64,000 nucleotides of DNA, from assembly GCA_028820845.1 (NCBI GenBank), contig JAPPII010000061.1, positions 1,889 through 65,888 on the forward strand, given 5' to 3'. Source of the DNA: Candidatus Poribacteria bacterium. Lineage in GTDB: Bacteria; Poribacteria; WGA-4E; WGA-3G. Positions within the stretch are counted from its first letter, which is position 1. Each line of letters starts with the position of its first letter. The notes below the pieces were generated by a model. It had not been told where the DNA came from. It made no database searches and saw only the letters and a program-made list of their open reading frames with translations. The translations under genes were made by a program, and so were the position numbers. Positions 25,959 to 34,453 of this stretch are shown one piece after another.

Positions 25959-28415
25959 TTGAAAATTGTATCGGACTTTTGGTGTGTTTGGGTGTTGTTT
26001 TTGATATTTTGTGCCTTACAATTCCCAAGCACGGTGCGGGCTGAGACAGAAACAGAATCCGCTCACAGAATTGCGACGGCTGTCCGTATTAAAGGGACAC
26101 CCCCGCAATTAGACGGCGTTTTAGATGATGACATCTGGCGGGCCGCGCCTCTTCATGAAGGCTTTCGCCAACGCGATCCAGATGAAGGACAACCTGCTTC
26201 CCAACGCACTACATTTCAAGTCGTTTACGATGATGAGGCGGTCTATTTTGGGATTATGTGCTATGACAATGAGCCTGATAAAATTGTATCACGGCTCGTC
26301 AGGCGCGACGATTTCGTTGAATCCGATAAAGTCCAAATTATTCTTGATCCGCACTACAACCGGCAACGTGGTTTCTCGTTTACTATCTATCCGTCCGGTT
26401 CTGTAATAGATGGCATTGTTGGAGGCGGTGGTCCGGACGGTTGGAACAATGCATGGGACGGCGTGTGGGAGGCAAAAACCCGTATCCACGAGAATGGGTG
26501 GGCAGTAGAGTGTAAAATACCATTTTATATGTTCCGCTTCTCACCGAAAGATAGATATATTTGGGGACTGCAGGTAGAACGAGAGATTAGTCGCAGAAAA
26601 GAGCGTTCCCATTGGCGACTGATTAAGAAAGGCACACCGGGCTGGATTTCACATTTCGGGGACCTGGTAGGAATTGAGAATATCCATCCGTCTCGTCATC
26701 TGGAATTAATACCATACACTATGGGCAGAACAACCTTGAATAGCGAGGCTGATTTGTGGGGGAGTGTTGGGGGTGATATTCAATACGGTATTACTTCTGG
26801 CATCACGCTCAACGCCACAATCAACCCTGATTTTGGACAGGTAGAAGCCGATCCTGCGACTTTAAATCTTTCTGCTTATGAAGAGTTTTTCGAGGAGCGT
26901 AGACCCTTTTTTGTCAAGGGCGCATCCAATTTTAACTTCGGCGCATGGGAGAAACAATTCTTTTATTCACGGCGGATTGGACGGCAGCCGGGGCATTTTG
27001 AGATTCCAGAGGGTGCAACGGAACTGAGTCGTCCAGAAGCGACGACGATTCTGGGTGCTGCCAAAATCATCGGGAGGACCAACAGCAACACCTCCTTTGG
27101 CATCATGGAAGCTGTCACTGCGCCAGAATATGTGCAGATTAAAAAGAACGGTAAGAATCGTGATCACCTTGTGGAGCCATTGACAAATTATTTTGTCGGT
27201 AGAGTCAAGCAGGATGTTTTAAAAGGTAATTCATACATCGGGTTGGTGACAACAGCCGTAAACCGGCAGGCTTCCAACGCCGCGTATGTCAGTGGACTTG
27301 ACTGGGACTTGAAGCTTGCGAAAGAGCGGTACCAGATAAGCGGGATGCTCGCAGCAAGCCAAGTGGGAGAATTGGCGGCACGTAAGTCGGGTTATCTCGC
27401 AAATATTGAATTTGAAAAACAGGGTGGATGGTGGCGGCTTGATACCAGTTTTGATGTTCTTTCCCCAGACTTTGAAATAAATGATATAGGTTACGTTCGG
27501 CGCGGCGATATGATGAGATGGTTTTATGACCTCATGTTTAAGAAAGAGCAGCCGTTTAGCATTTTTCGAGAAGTTACGCTTGGGTTCTATGGGTGGCGAG
27601 AATGGAATTATGACGGCGTTAGCATCGGTCGCTACTCTGAGATATGGACGTACGGTAAACTGAAAAACTATTGGGAGTATGATCTGTGGGTCGGTCGGAA
27701 TTTGGAGTCGTTTAACGACGAAGATGTCCGACGCGGTGGAACACTGATTAAAAATCCTGCGGGGTGGTGGATTTTTACCCAACTTAGGACCGATAGTCGT
27801 AAAATGGTTCAACTTGAACTGAATCCAATCTTCGCGTGGGACGATGATAACAAAAGTTCTGAGAAAGAAGTAAGCCTCCGCCTGAACATTCGCCCTGTAT
27901 CGAACATTGAGTTAAGTATTGGACCGATGTATCGTTACCGTATTTTCGATGCCCAGTGGATCGAGTTAGTTGAGGAGAACGTCAATGGTCACATCAAGAA
28001 CCACTACGTCTATGGGGAACTGACGAGTCAAACGCTCGACTTCACGACGCGCGCGAACATTAGTTTCACACCGACGCTAAGCCTTCAGTTCTATGTGCAG
28101 CCGTTTATTACCATCGGGGATTATTCAAACTTCAAAGAGTTAGTTGAGCCGAGATCGTATCAGTTCAAACCGTACCCACTGAAGCGAAATCCGGATTTCC
28201 ATATACGGTCTTTACGTGGTAATACCGTTCTGCGTTGGGAATTCCGTCCGGGGAGTACACTGTTTTTGGTCTGGTCTCAGTCAAGAGAAATAAGTTTGGA
28301 AGATGTTGGAGACGCTGAACTTGAGTTTCGTCCGGTGGATCGTTTGCGAAGCAGTTTCACAGATCCGGGGAAGGATATCTTCCTGATTAAATGTCGGTAT
28401 TGGTTTGGTATATAA
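25959..28415 (+). CDS. CBM9-like plus DUF5916 protein, paralog 2
   Basis: TTG start with AGAGGAG upstream. Collinear with 22373-24814 over the full length. Ends CRYWFGI. Confidence 0.75.
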   Translation: MKIVSDFWCVWVLFLIFCALQFPSTVRAETETESAHRIATAVRIKGTPPQLDGVLDDDIWRAAPLHEGFRQRDPDEGQPASQRTTFQVVYDDEAVYFGIMCYDNEPDKIVSRLVRRDDFVESDKVQIILDPHYNRQRGFSFTIYPSGSVIDGIVGGGGPDGWNNAWDGVWEAKTRIHENGWAVECKIPFYMFRFSPKDRYIWGLQVEREISRRKERSHWRLIKKGTPGWISHFGDLVGIENIHPSRHLELIPYTMGRTTLNSEADLWGSVGGDIQYGITSGITLNATINPDFGQVEADPATLNLSAYEEFFEERRPFFVKGASNFNFGAWEKQFFYSRRIGRQPGHFEIPEGATELSRPEATTILGAAKIIGRTNSNTSFGIMEAVTAPEYVQIKKNGKNRDHLVEPLTNYFVGRVKQDVLKGNSYIGLVTTAVNRQASNAAYVSGLDWDLKLAKERYQISGMLAASQVGELAARKSGYLANIEFEKQGGWWRLDTSFDVLSPDFEINDIGYVRRGDMMRWFYDLMFKKEQPFSIFREVTLGFYGWREWNYDGVSIGRYSEIWTYGKLKNYWEYDLWVGRNLESFNDEDVRRGGTLIKNPAGWWIFTQLRTDSRKMVQLELNPIFAWDDDNKSSEKEVSLRLNIRPVSNIELSIGPMYRYRIFDAQWIELVEENVNGHIKNHYVYGELTSQTLDFTTRANISFTPTLSLQFYVQPFITIGDYSNFKELVEPRSYQFKPYPLKRNPDFHIRSLRGNTVLRWEFRPGSTLFLVWSQSREISLEDVGDAELEFRPVDRLRSSFTDPGKDIFLIKCRYWFGI

Positions 28416-28591
28416 ACCTTTCGGATTCGGCTTTTGAGCAAAGTTGTCCAAGAATTGGACAGCAAGACCTCACTTTGTGAAGCGGAATTATCGGGAAACT
28501 TTCTTTTCCAAGTGATTTCACATTTGAGTTAACTTTGGCATGAAAATTGCTATGACATAACTATATTACGCAAGAAAAAATGGATTTTTTC

Positions 28592-28620
28592 TTGACAAAT
28601 AATGCAGGCATTGTTAATAT
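28592..28620 (+). promoter_or_regulatory. sigma70-type promoter (TTGACA-17 nt-TAATAT)
   Basis: TTGACA at 28592-28597 and TAATAT at 28615-28620. Implies a ~250-nt leader before the 28869 CDS. Confidence 0.45.
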
Positions 28621-28868
28621 TGTGAGTATCAACAATTCCTTCGCCAACGTATCCAGGCCTGATAGAAGTCAGATGTTCAGTGAGTTGGTTAATAACAATA
28701 GGTTCAGGTTTTTGTGGAAGCCTTTTTAATGTTTCTTGTAAATACTTCAGTCCACGGTAGTGCGCTTTGAGATCTAAGACGCTAAAGTCAGTGTTTTGTA
28801 TTGGTAAAGCGAGGAGAAAAACACGCGCAATGGATTGCGCTATTTACAAACCTAAGGAGGATATACGC

Positions 28869-29468
28869 ATGAAATATATGGGGTTATTATTGATTCAATT
28901 TGTACTGCTTGTATTGGGATGGGTCGGTTATTGCATTGCTACTGAGATTGGCTTTGAAGCCGAAGACGCAGATGAAATTGTAGCAATCATGGAAATTTAT
29001 GAGGATAAGGAAGCTTCAGGCGGTATGTATATATCGGCGGGAAAGGGCGGGGGTGGTCGCCACCCCGGTAAAGCCGATTTCGTGATTAACGTTAGAACAC
29101 CCGGTCAGTACACGATGTGGGGGCGGGTGATTGCCCAAGATACGGCGAAGGACTCTTTCCATGTCACAGTCGATGAAAAGAAAAGTCCACAACCGGGTGA
29201 TGCCAACATGATCTGGGATACAGGTCAGCATCAGGAGTGGACGTGGTCAAAAGTAAAATGGCGCGAAAAGAATCCGTTGACCTTTGATCTGAAACCGGGG
29301 AAACATACCGTTACATTTTGGTCTAGGGAAGGCGATACCCGTTTGGATGCCGTTTACATGGCAATAGACCCCAACGCTGTCCCCAAACTACCGAGTGAAA
29401 TTGAGGGTTTTGCTGTGCATCCCCAGAATCGCTTAACGACAACTTGGGCGAAGTTAAAAAAACGGTAG
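28869..29468 (+). CDS. secreted carbohydrate-binding-module-like (galactose-binding-like) protein
   Basis: AAGGAGGA RBS and signal MKYMGLLLIQFVLLVLGWVGYCIA. FEAEDADE...ASGGMYI...PGQYTMWGRVIA...DSFHVTVD...WTWSKV...LKPGKHTVTFWSREGDTRLDAVYM. Confidence 0.65.
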   Translation: MKYMGLLLIQFVLLVLGWVGYCIATEIGFEAEDADEIVAIMEIYEDKEASGGMYISAGKGGGGRHPGKADFVINVRTPGQYTMWGRVIAQDTAKDSFHVTVDEKKSPQPGDANMIWDTGQHQEWTWSKVKWREKNPLTFDLKPGKHTVTFWSREGDTRLDAVYMAIDPNAVPKLPSEIEGFAVHPQNRLTTTWAKLKKR

Positions 29469-29692
29469 GGCTGGACTCAAGCACTGTGACATCAGAGCTG
29501 TTAGTCCTAATAGTCGGAGTTAAAATCGAAGTTTTTTCAAATTATGCACCCTTTCCACCCCAAAATTGTGTCTTTAACGGCAGAAGGGATCTTGTGTAAC
29601 TTTCTCACCATTGAATTCGGTTAAGATGAGAGCAAATAAGATATAACAGACGTTAGGATATTAACTCTTGAACCCCATAGGAGGTGCGTATC

Positions 29693-30481
29693 ATGAAATC
29701 ACGCCGTACGCCTCTTGCATGGATGGTATCGCTGGTCGTGCACGCCTGCCTTGCAGTCGTTGTAGGGTATATTGCGATCTCGGCGAATCCATTAAAAGCA
29801 CGAGATGCCATCGATGTGAGTTTTTTTATTCTTTCACCACCACAGGCTGCGAAAAGGGATATTGTCGCTAAGCCAGAAGTGGTTATTCCAACTCCGGTTC
29901 CACCGGATTTGACAGTCGTTCCACAAACTGAGACCACACCGCGTCGCGCAACGCTTGCACGGACAGCGAGGTCGTCCGTGACGGCGGCACCAGCAGCATC
30001 CCTAATGGGGGGTGCCCCAGCCGCCCCGAGAGGGCAGCAAGTCAAAGTTTCAAATGCGTCTCCGGTTATTGAGCATACCACACAACCTTTGTCAACTGCT
30101 GCGAAACTACCGACGACATCAGATGCACTACCTGCTGCCGGATTGCCCAGTGAAGGCGGAATTACAGATGGTCTCAGTGCAGGTGTCGGGGACGGTTTAG
30201 GGAGCGGCACGGGTCGCGGTGCTTTCGGTTCCGGATCTGGTTTTGAACAAGGACGAACGCACAACCGTGGCAGCCTGAACTCACTCGTAAAAGGTGCAGG
30301 TGCTGCGAATATCAATGCCTCATTGTCAGATGTAACAGAGAACATGGTTTTGGGTAATGGAGTGCCACTGCTTCCGAAAGGCAGCCCAGGTGCCATTATT
30401 CAGGGACACGGCAAAGAGATTATTGGGCGGTTGAATCTTGTCCGTCTTGATGATCCATTGCATCCGAACCTTGATATATGA
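29693..30481 (+). CDS. membrane-anchored Pro/Ala/Gly-rich protein; same frame as the downstream DUF4159 ORF, separated only by TGA at 30479-30481
   Basis: AGGAGG RBS and TM segment LAWMVSLVVHACLAVVVGYIAI, followed by a low-complexity P/A/T/G-rich region. Confidence 0.6.
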   Translation: MKSRRTPLAWMVSLVVHACLAVVVGYIAISANPLKARDAIDVSFFILSPPQAAKRDIVAKPEVVIPTPVPPDLTVVPQTETTPRRATLARTARSSVTAAPAASLMGGAPAAPRGQQVKVSNASPVIEHTTQPLSTAAKLPTTSDALPAAGLPSEGGITDGLSAGVGDGLGSGTGRGAFGSGSGFEQGRTHNRGSLNSLVKGAGAANINASLSDVTENMVLGNGVPLLPKGSPGAIIQGHGKEIIGRLNLVRLDDPLHPNLDI

Positions 30482-30508
30482 GGGAGCGGTATCGGACATC
30501 TCCGATTC

Positions 30509-30524
30509 GGGGCAGGTCTGCCCT
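30509..30524 (+). promoter_or_regulatory. stem-loop GGGGCA-GGUC-UGCCCU, 28 nt downstream of the in-frame UGA (SECIS-like apex)
   Basis: 5-6 bp stem with a GGTC tetraloop. The 10-nt apex GCAGGTCTGC equals, from memory, the apex of the E. coli fdhF SECIS minihelix. Confidence 0.3.
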
Positions 30525-30568
30525 ATTTAGTCACGTCTCTGAATTCAGAAACAGGTATCCAAACCCAA

Positions 30569-31276
30569 ATGGTTGACGCAGTCCAAATTACGGATGCTGC
30601 GTTTTTTGAGTCACCGATTATCTTTATGGAACCCGTTCCCAGCTCCTCAGTCAAGAACCAGAGTAATGGATTGCTGAGTAATGCCGTCTGGCAGGTCAGC
30701 GGAGACCGTCCTTCCTTCGGTTATACCGATCGGGAAGCGCAGCGGATTCGTGAATATGTTATCAACCGCGGCGGGTTCATCTATATGCCCACCCATGGAA
30801 ACACGGAGTTAGCGATGCAGCCTGCACTACGGGTTTTGCGTCAGATTCTTCCTGAATACCATCTGGTTTCCATCCCGCATGACCATGAGATTTACAATAG
30901 TTTCTATGAGTTGAACGGACCCCTCCGGTTTCCTGTCCGAAAAATTGGGAGTACGATTCTTCATCACGGTCCCTATAGTCAGTTACAGGGCGTGTTTATT
31001 GATGACCGATTGGCGGTTCTCGTGGATACAGAAGCTATGATACACGTAATGGATGGTGCGGTGCAGAAACCGTTCTTCGGTCACTATCAGGACCGGAATA
31101 AGATTTTGGACGAGTTCGCACCGGCTGCGGCCCGACAACTCATCAACGTTGTTATCTATGCGGTAACCCACGGGAACATCTCGGATTATAGCAACTATAT
31201 CCCGGAAGATGCGCTCGCTGATGGCGACGTAGACAGCGTCCCCAAGACAGCACCAAATGTTGCGGATCGGTTGTGA
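30569..31276 (+). CDS. DUF4159 domain protein (the frame is open upstream to 30482)
   Basis: ITDAAFFESPIIFMEP...GYTDREAQRIREYVINRGGFIYM fits the DUF4159 pattern (L.D..LF.yPf.ym.G...f....E...LR.Y...GGFl). Confidence 0.7.
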   Translation: MVDAVQITDAAFFESPIIFMEPVPSSSVKNQSNGLLSNAVWQVSGDRPSFGYTDREAQRIREYVINRGGFIYMPTHGNTELAMQPALRVLRQILPEYHLVSIPHDHEIYNSFYELNGPLRFPVRKIGSTILHHGPYSQLQGVFIDDRLAVLVDTEAMIHVMDGAVQKPFFGHYQDRNKILDEFAPAAARQLINVVIYAVTHGNISDYSNYIPEDALADGDVDSVPKTAPNVADRL

Positions 31277-31284
31277 TAGCTGTT

Positions 31285-31374
31285 AGGACTTACGCACCCC
31301 ACTGGTAGGTGCGGTTTCCAACCGCACCGAATCTTGTGAAAATAGGCAGAATTCAGTCATTTTGCGTAAGTCCT
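31285..31374 (+). mobile_element. MITE-like element (90 bp), second copy
   Basis: Same 12-bp TIRs AGGACTTACGCA/TGCGTAAGTCCT and same REP core as 5838-5949. Starts 8 nt after a stop codon. Confidence 0.75.
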
Positions 31375-31414
31375 GAGCTGTATAAAGGGTAATATAGGAT
31401 TATCTGCAAACAAT

Positions 31415-31452
31415 AAGCCGCGTCAATCTCTTGACGCGGCTTTTCTTTTTTT
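31415..31452 (+). terminator. rho-independent terminator
   Basis: AAGCCGCGTCAA-tctc-TTGACGCGGCTT (perfect 12-bp stem) followed by TTCTTTTTTT. Confidence 0.85.
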
Positions 31453-31510
31453 CGGAAGCTTACCAAGTTTCGCAAAAATAGTCAGGAGTACAGCGAAATC
31501 GCATTTCTAT

Positions 31511-31539
31511 TTGACAAATCATACCTTCAGATGTATAAT
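31511..31539 (+). promoter_or_regulatory. consensus sigma70-type promoter (TTGACA-17 nt-TATAAT)
   Basis: TTGACA at 31511-31516 and TATAAT at 31534-31539, upstream of the rhodanese gene. Confidence 0.6.
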
Positions 31540-31628
31540 GTAATAAAGAATCATTCTATTCGGGCATAATTTATAGCCTGATATGAATAGGATCTTACCA
31601 AAATAAAATACGGAGGCTTAACACAGAA

Positions 31629-32477
31629 ATGGCTGATTACGCAAATCCTGATGTTTTAGTGAGTACGGAATGGGTGGCTGCACACGGTGGTGATGATGGT
31701 GTTCGGTTGCTTGAAGTTGATGTGGATACCGAGGCGTATGGTGAAGGGCATATCGCTGGCGCAGTCGGGCTCAATTGGGAGACTCAGTTGTGCGACCAGG
31801 TTCGACGCGATATCCTCACGAAAGAGCAGTTTGAGGCACTCTGCAATGACAGTGGTATCGCTAATGACACAACGATTATCTTCTACGGCGATAATAACAA
31901 CTGGTTCGCGACGTATGCCTTATGGCAATTCCGCTACTACGGTCACGACGAAAGCAAACTCAAGGTGATGAATGGCGGTCGCCAGAAATGGATTGATGAA
32001 GGCAGAGCACTTGTCACCGATGTTCCGAACTACGCCACTACAGGGTACCAGGCGAAGTTTCCTGATGATAATGTCCGCGCTACAGCCGGTACCGTTCGTG
32101 AGACACTCGGGCAAGGTGTCGTTAATCTTGTTGATGTTCGTTCACCTGCTGAATTTACCGGTGAAGTCATTGCTCCCCCTGGCATGAGCGAAACTGCACA
32201 ACGTGGCGGACATATCCCCGGTGCAGCAAATATCCCATGGGCAACAGCAGTGGCTGAAGATGGTACCTTTAAGTCTCACGACGAACTGCAAGCCATTTAC
32301 GGTGGTGCAGGAGTTGATGAGAATAAGGAGACCGTTGCCTATTGCCGTATTGGTGAACGTTCATCGCACACGTGGTTTGTGTTAAAGTACCTACTCGGTT
32401 ATGAAAAGGTCCGCAACTACGATGGGAGTTGGACAGAGTGGGGTAATCTCGTGGGCGCACCCATCGCACGCGACTAA
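31629..32477 (+). CDS. two-domain rhodanese, thiosulfate sulfurtransferase (CysA/SseC-like)
   Basis: Active-site loop YCRIGERSSHTWFVLKYLLG. 282 aa with the tandem rhodanese architecture. Confidence 0.85.
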   Translation: MADYANPDVLVSTEWVAAHGGDDGVRLLEVDVDTEAYGEGHIAGAVGLNWETQLCDQVRRDILTKEQFEALCNDSGIANDTTIIFYGDNNNWFATYALWQFRYYGHDESKLKVMNGGRQKWIDEGRALVTDVPNYATTGYQAKFPDDNVRATAGTVRETLGQGVVNLVDVRSPAEFTGEVIAPPGMSETAQRGGHIPGAANIPWATAVAEDGTFKSHDELQAIYGGAGVDENKETVAYCRIGERSSHTWFVLKYLLGYEKVRNYDGSWTEWGNLVGAPIARD

Positions 32478-32584
32478 AGGAATAACTCACAGCTTTCGGC
32501 TGTCGGTATCAGTAACCCTCGCTCGCGAGGTTTGTGATCTCACTCTCTGACAGCTGAAAGCCGATGGCTGATGGCAATAAAAAA

Positions 32585-32878
32585 ATGCCTAAATTTGTTT
32601 CTGCCCACGTCATTGCTTGTATGACACGTCAAGATGTTGCGCGCCTCCTGAAGCGTTTCAAAGAAGAAGAGAATGCCGATGTGAAGAATATCCGGGTCTT
32701 GTGTGATACATTTTCAGGCCGGATGGTTTGCGAGTGGGAGGCGCGCGATCGTCTCACTTTAGTTGAGTGGCTTAAAAAGTGCAACGTCCAGTTGCGCGGC
32801 ACTGGTGAATGGGTTATGGCAGTCCAATATGAGTCGATGGATGATGAGTTGGTGGCTCCGTCGCGGCGGGTCCCTTAG
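32585..32878 (+). CDS. small conserved hypothetical protein (possibly DUF4242-like)
   Basis: MPKFVSAHVIACMTRQDVARLLKRF... The resemblance to DUF4242 is weak. ATG 32564 is an alternative start. Confidence 0.4.
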   Translation: MPKFVSAHVIACMTRQDVARLLKRFKEEENADVKNIRVLCDTFSGRMVCEWEARDRLTLVEWLKKCNVQLRGTGEWVMAVQYESMDDELVAPSRRVP

Positions 32879-32912
32879 AGGGTTCATCCATACAAGATAA
32901 CGGCAAAAACCG

Positions 32913-33740
32913 ATGTATTACTTAACCCGACAGACGGCGTTTGAAGCATCACATTACAAACGTATACCTGAATTGAGCGATGCAGAAAACTTTAAGCTGT
33001 TCGGTGCCGCTGCGAATCCAAGTAGTCATGGGCATAACTATGTCCTTGAGGTGATGGTGAAAGGCGACGTGGATGCCGATAACGGGATGGTTATCAATCT
33101 GGTAACGTTGGATGCGCTGTTGAAGACAGAGGTACTCGCCAATTATGATCATAAGCATCTAAACCAGCAACATCCGGTTTTTGCAGGCAACCCGCATTTG
33201 CAACCGACATGTGAAAACATCACTATTGAGATTTGGCAACGGCTTGAACCTTCTCTGCCAGATGGAATGTTGCATAGGGTACGTCTCTACGAAAGTGCTA
33301 CGAATTTTGCTGACTATCATGGAGAAGGACCGGTGGTTTATCTTACCAAAGTTTACGATTTTAGTTCTGCCCATCGTTTGCACAGTCATGTTCTCAGTGA
33401 TGAAGAGAACCGAGATATCTTTGGAAAGTGTAACAATCCCGCAGGTCATGGGCATAACTATGTTCTTGAAGTTACCGTAAAGGGCGATGTGGATCCAAGA
33501 ACTGGGTTGGTTGCGGGGCTGGATTTTCTCGATGAAGTCGTTCAGAAGCAGGTTTACACACGATTTGATTACAAACACCTGAATCTCGACACCCCTGAAT
33601 TTGAAAAACTTAATCCGACTTCGGAGAACTTCGTCAAAGTGATATGGGATGTACTGGAACCGAATTTGCGTCCCGTGGCTTTATACCGTCTACGTTTGCG
33701 AGAAACGCCAAAGAATCATTTCGACTACTACGGCGAATAA
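32913..33740 (+). CDS. tandem double-domain 6-pyruvoyl-tetrahydropterin synthase family protein
   Basis: Two PTPS/QueD-like halves. SHGHNYVLEVMVKGDVD is preceded by AAANPS (no Cys). CNNPAGHGHNYVLEVTVKGDVD has the C-x5-HGH PTPS-type signature. Confidence 0.85.
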   Translation: MYYLTRQTAFEASHYKRIPELSDAENFKLFGAAANPSSHGHNYVLEVMVKGDVDADNGMVINLVTLDALLKTEVLANYDHKHLNQQHPVFAGNPHLQPTCENITIEIWQRLEPSLPDGMLHRVRLYESATNFADYHGEGPVVYLTKVYDFSSAHRLHSHVLSDEENRDIFGKCNNPAGHGHNYVLEVTVKGDVDPRTGLVAGLDFLDEVVQKQVYTRFDYKHLNLDTPEFEKLNPTSENFVKVIWDVLEPNLRPVALYRLRLRETPKNHFDYYGE

Positions 33741-33800
33741 TCTGTTTTCTACCCCAGTAAGCGCAGCTGAAAATAGCGCAATGGAGACCATTTTAACATA

Positions 33801-34379
33801 ATGGAGTTTAAAGAGGGGGTTTCTAACCCAGAATTAGAGGAACTTTTTACCAATCTTCTTAAAAATTTAGGTGAAGATCCGAGTCGTCAGGGGCTTGTGA
33901 GGACACCGAGTCGGGCTGCCAAAGCGATGCAGTTTCTGACCAGTGGCTACCAGCAAGATATTGATAAAATTTTGAACAAGGCTATCTTTGACGAAGATTA
34001 TGATGAAATGGTGATTGTCAAAGATATTGAATTTTATAGTCTTTGCGAACACCATATTCTTCCGTTCTGGGGCAGATGCCACGTTGGATATCTTCCCCGG
34101 AATCGGATTATCGGTCTGAGTAAAATTCCGCGTATCGTAGATATGTTTTCTCGGCGTTTACAGGTCCAGGAACGGCTCACACGTGAGATCGCCGAGGCAC
34201 TGGAAACCGCACTTGATCCACAGGGCGTTGCTGTAGTGATAGAAGGACAACATCTCTGCATGATGGCGCGCGGTGTCCAGAAACAAGCACCGAGGATGAC
34301 AACAAATGTCATGTTGGGAACGTTCCGAGAGGATAGTTCAACGCGGGCAGAATTTTTGCGGTGTATCCAGATATCCTAA
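33801..34379 (+). CDS. folE: GTP cyclohydrolase I
   Basis: [42 protein letters not shown] and [11 protein letters not shown] are canonical FolE motifs. Confidence 0.92.
   Translation: MEFKEGVSNPELEELFTNLLKNLGEDPSRQGLVRTPSRAAKAMQFLTSGYQQDIDKILNKAIFDEDYDEMVIVKDIEFYSLCEHHILPFWGRCHVGYLPRNRIIGLSKIPRIVDMFSRRLQVQERLTREIAEALETALDPQGVAVVIEGQHLCMMARGVQKQAPRMTTNVMLGTFREDSSTRAEFLRCIQIS
33816..33829 (+). repeat. REP-core 14-mer GGGGTTTCTAACCC inside the folE 5' end
   Basis: Exact 14-mer shared with 34646-34659. Translated as G-V-S-N-P. Confidence 0.6.
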
Positions 34380-34453
34380 CGTAAACTTTTTTGTTCATGT
34401 AGATACCCAATTGACATAAAGTTCAACTACAAAATGGAAATGTGGAGGCGAGC

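Noticed and set aside
28470-28840. Minus-strand open frame (...DLKAHYRGLKYLQETLKRLPQKPEPIVINQLTEHLTSIRPGYVGEGIVDTHNINNACIICQEK...) between the DUF5916 and CBM-like genes
   Set aside because: It has no start codon in frame and no family I recognise, and it overlaps a plausible plus-strand promoter. It may be a gene remnant, but that cannot be supported.
29653-30396. 247-aa ORF on the minus strand, antisense to the Pro/Ala-rich gene
   Set aside because: Low-complexity, GC-rich codon repeats keep the antisense frame open. It has no RBS and no recognisable domain, and it fully overlaps a better-supported gene.
30479-30481. Genome-wide reassignment of TGA (Trp or Gly code)
   Set aside because: Many well-supported genes here terminate at TGA at the expected protein length (WD40 at 17208-17210, IS3 orfA, the RR/PP2C junction). 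Only this one site is anomalous.
32478-32563. Structured intergenic region (CAGCTTTCGGCTG, CCTCGC-TC-GCGAGG, GACAGCTGAAAGCCG) as a riboswitch
   Set aside because: It contains only short hairpins and no match to any riboswitch core I know. It is most simply a terminator/attenuator-like spacer.
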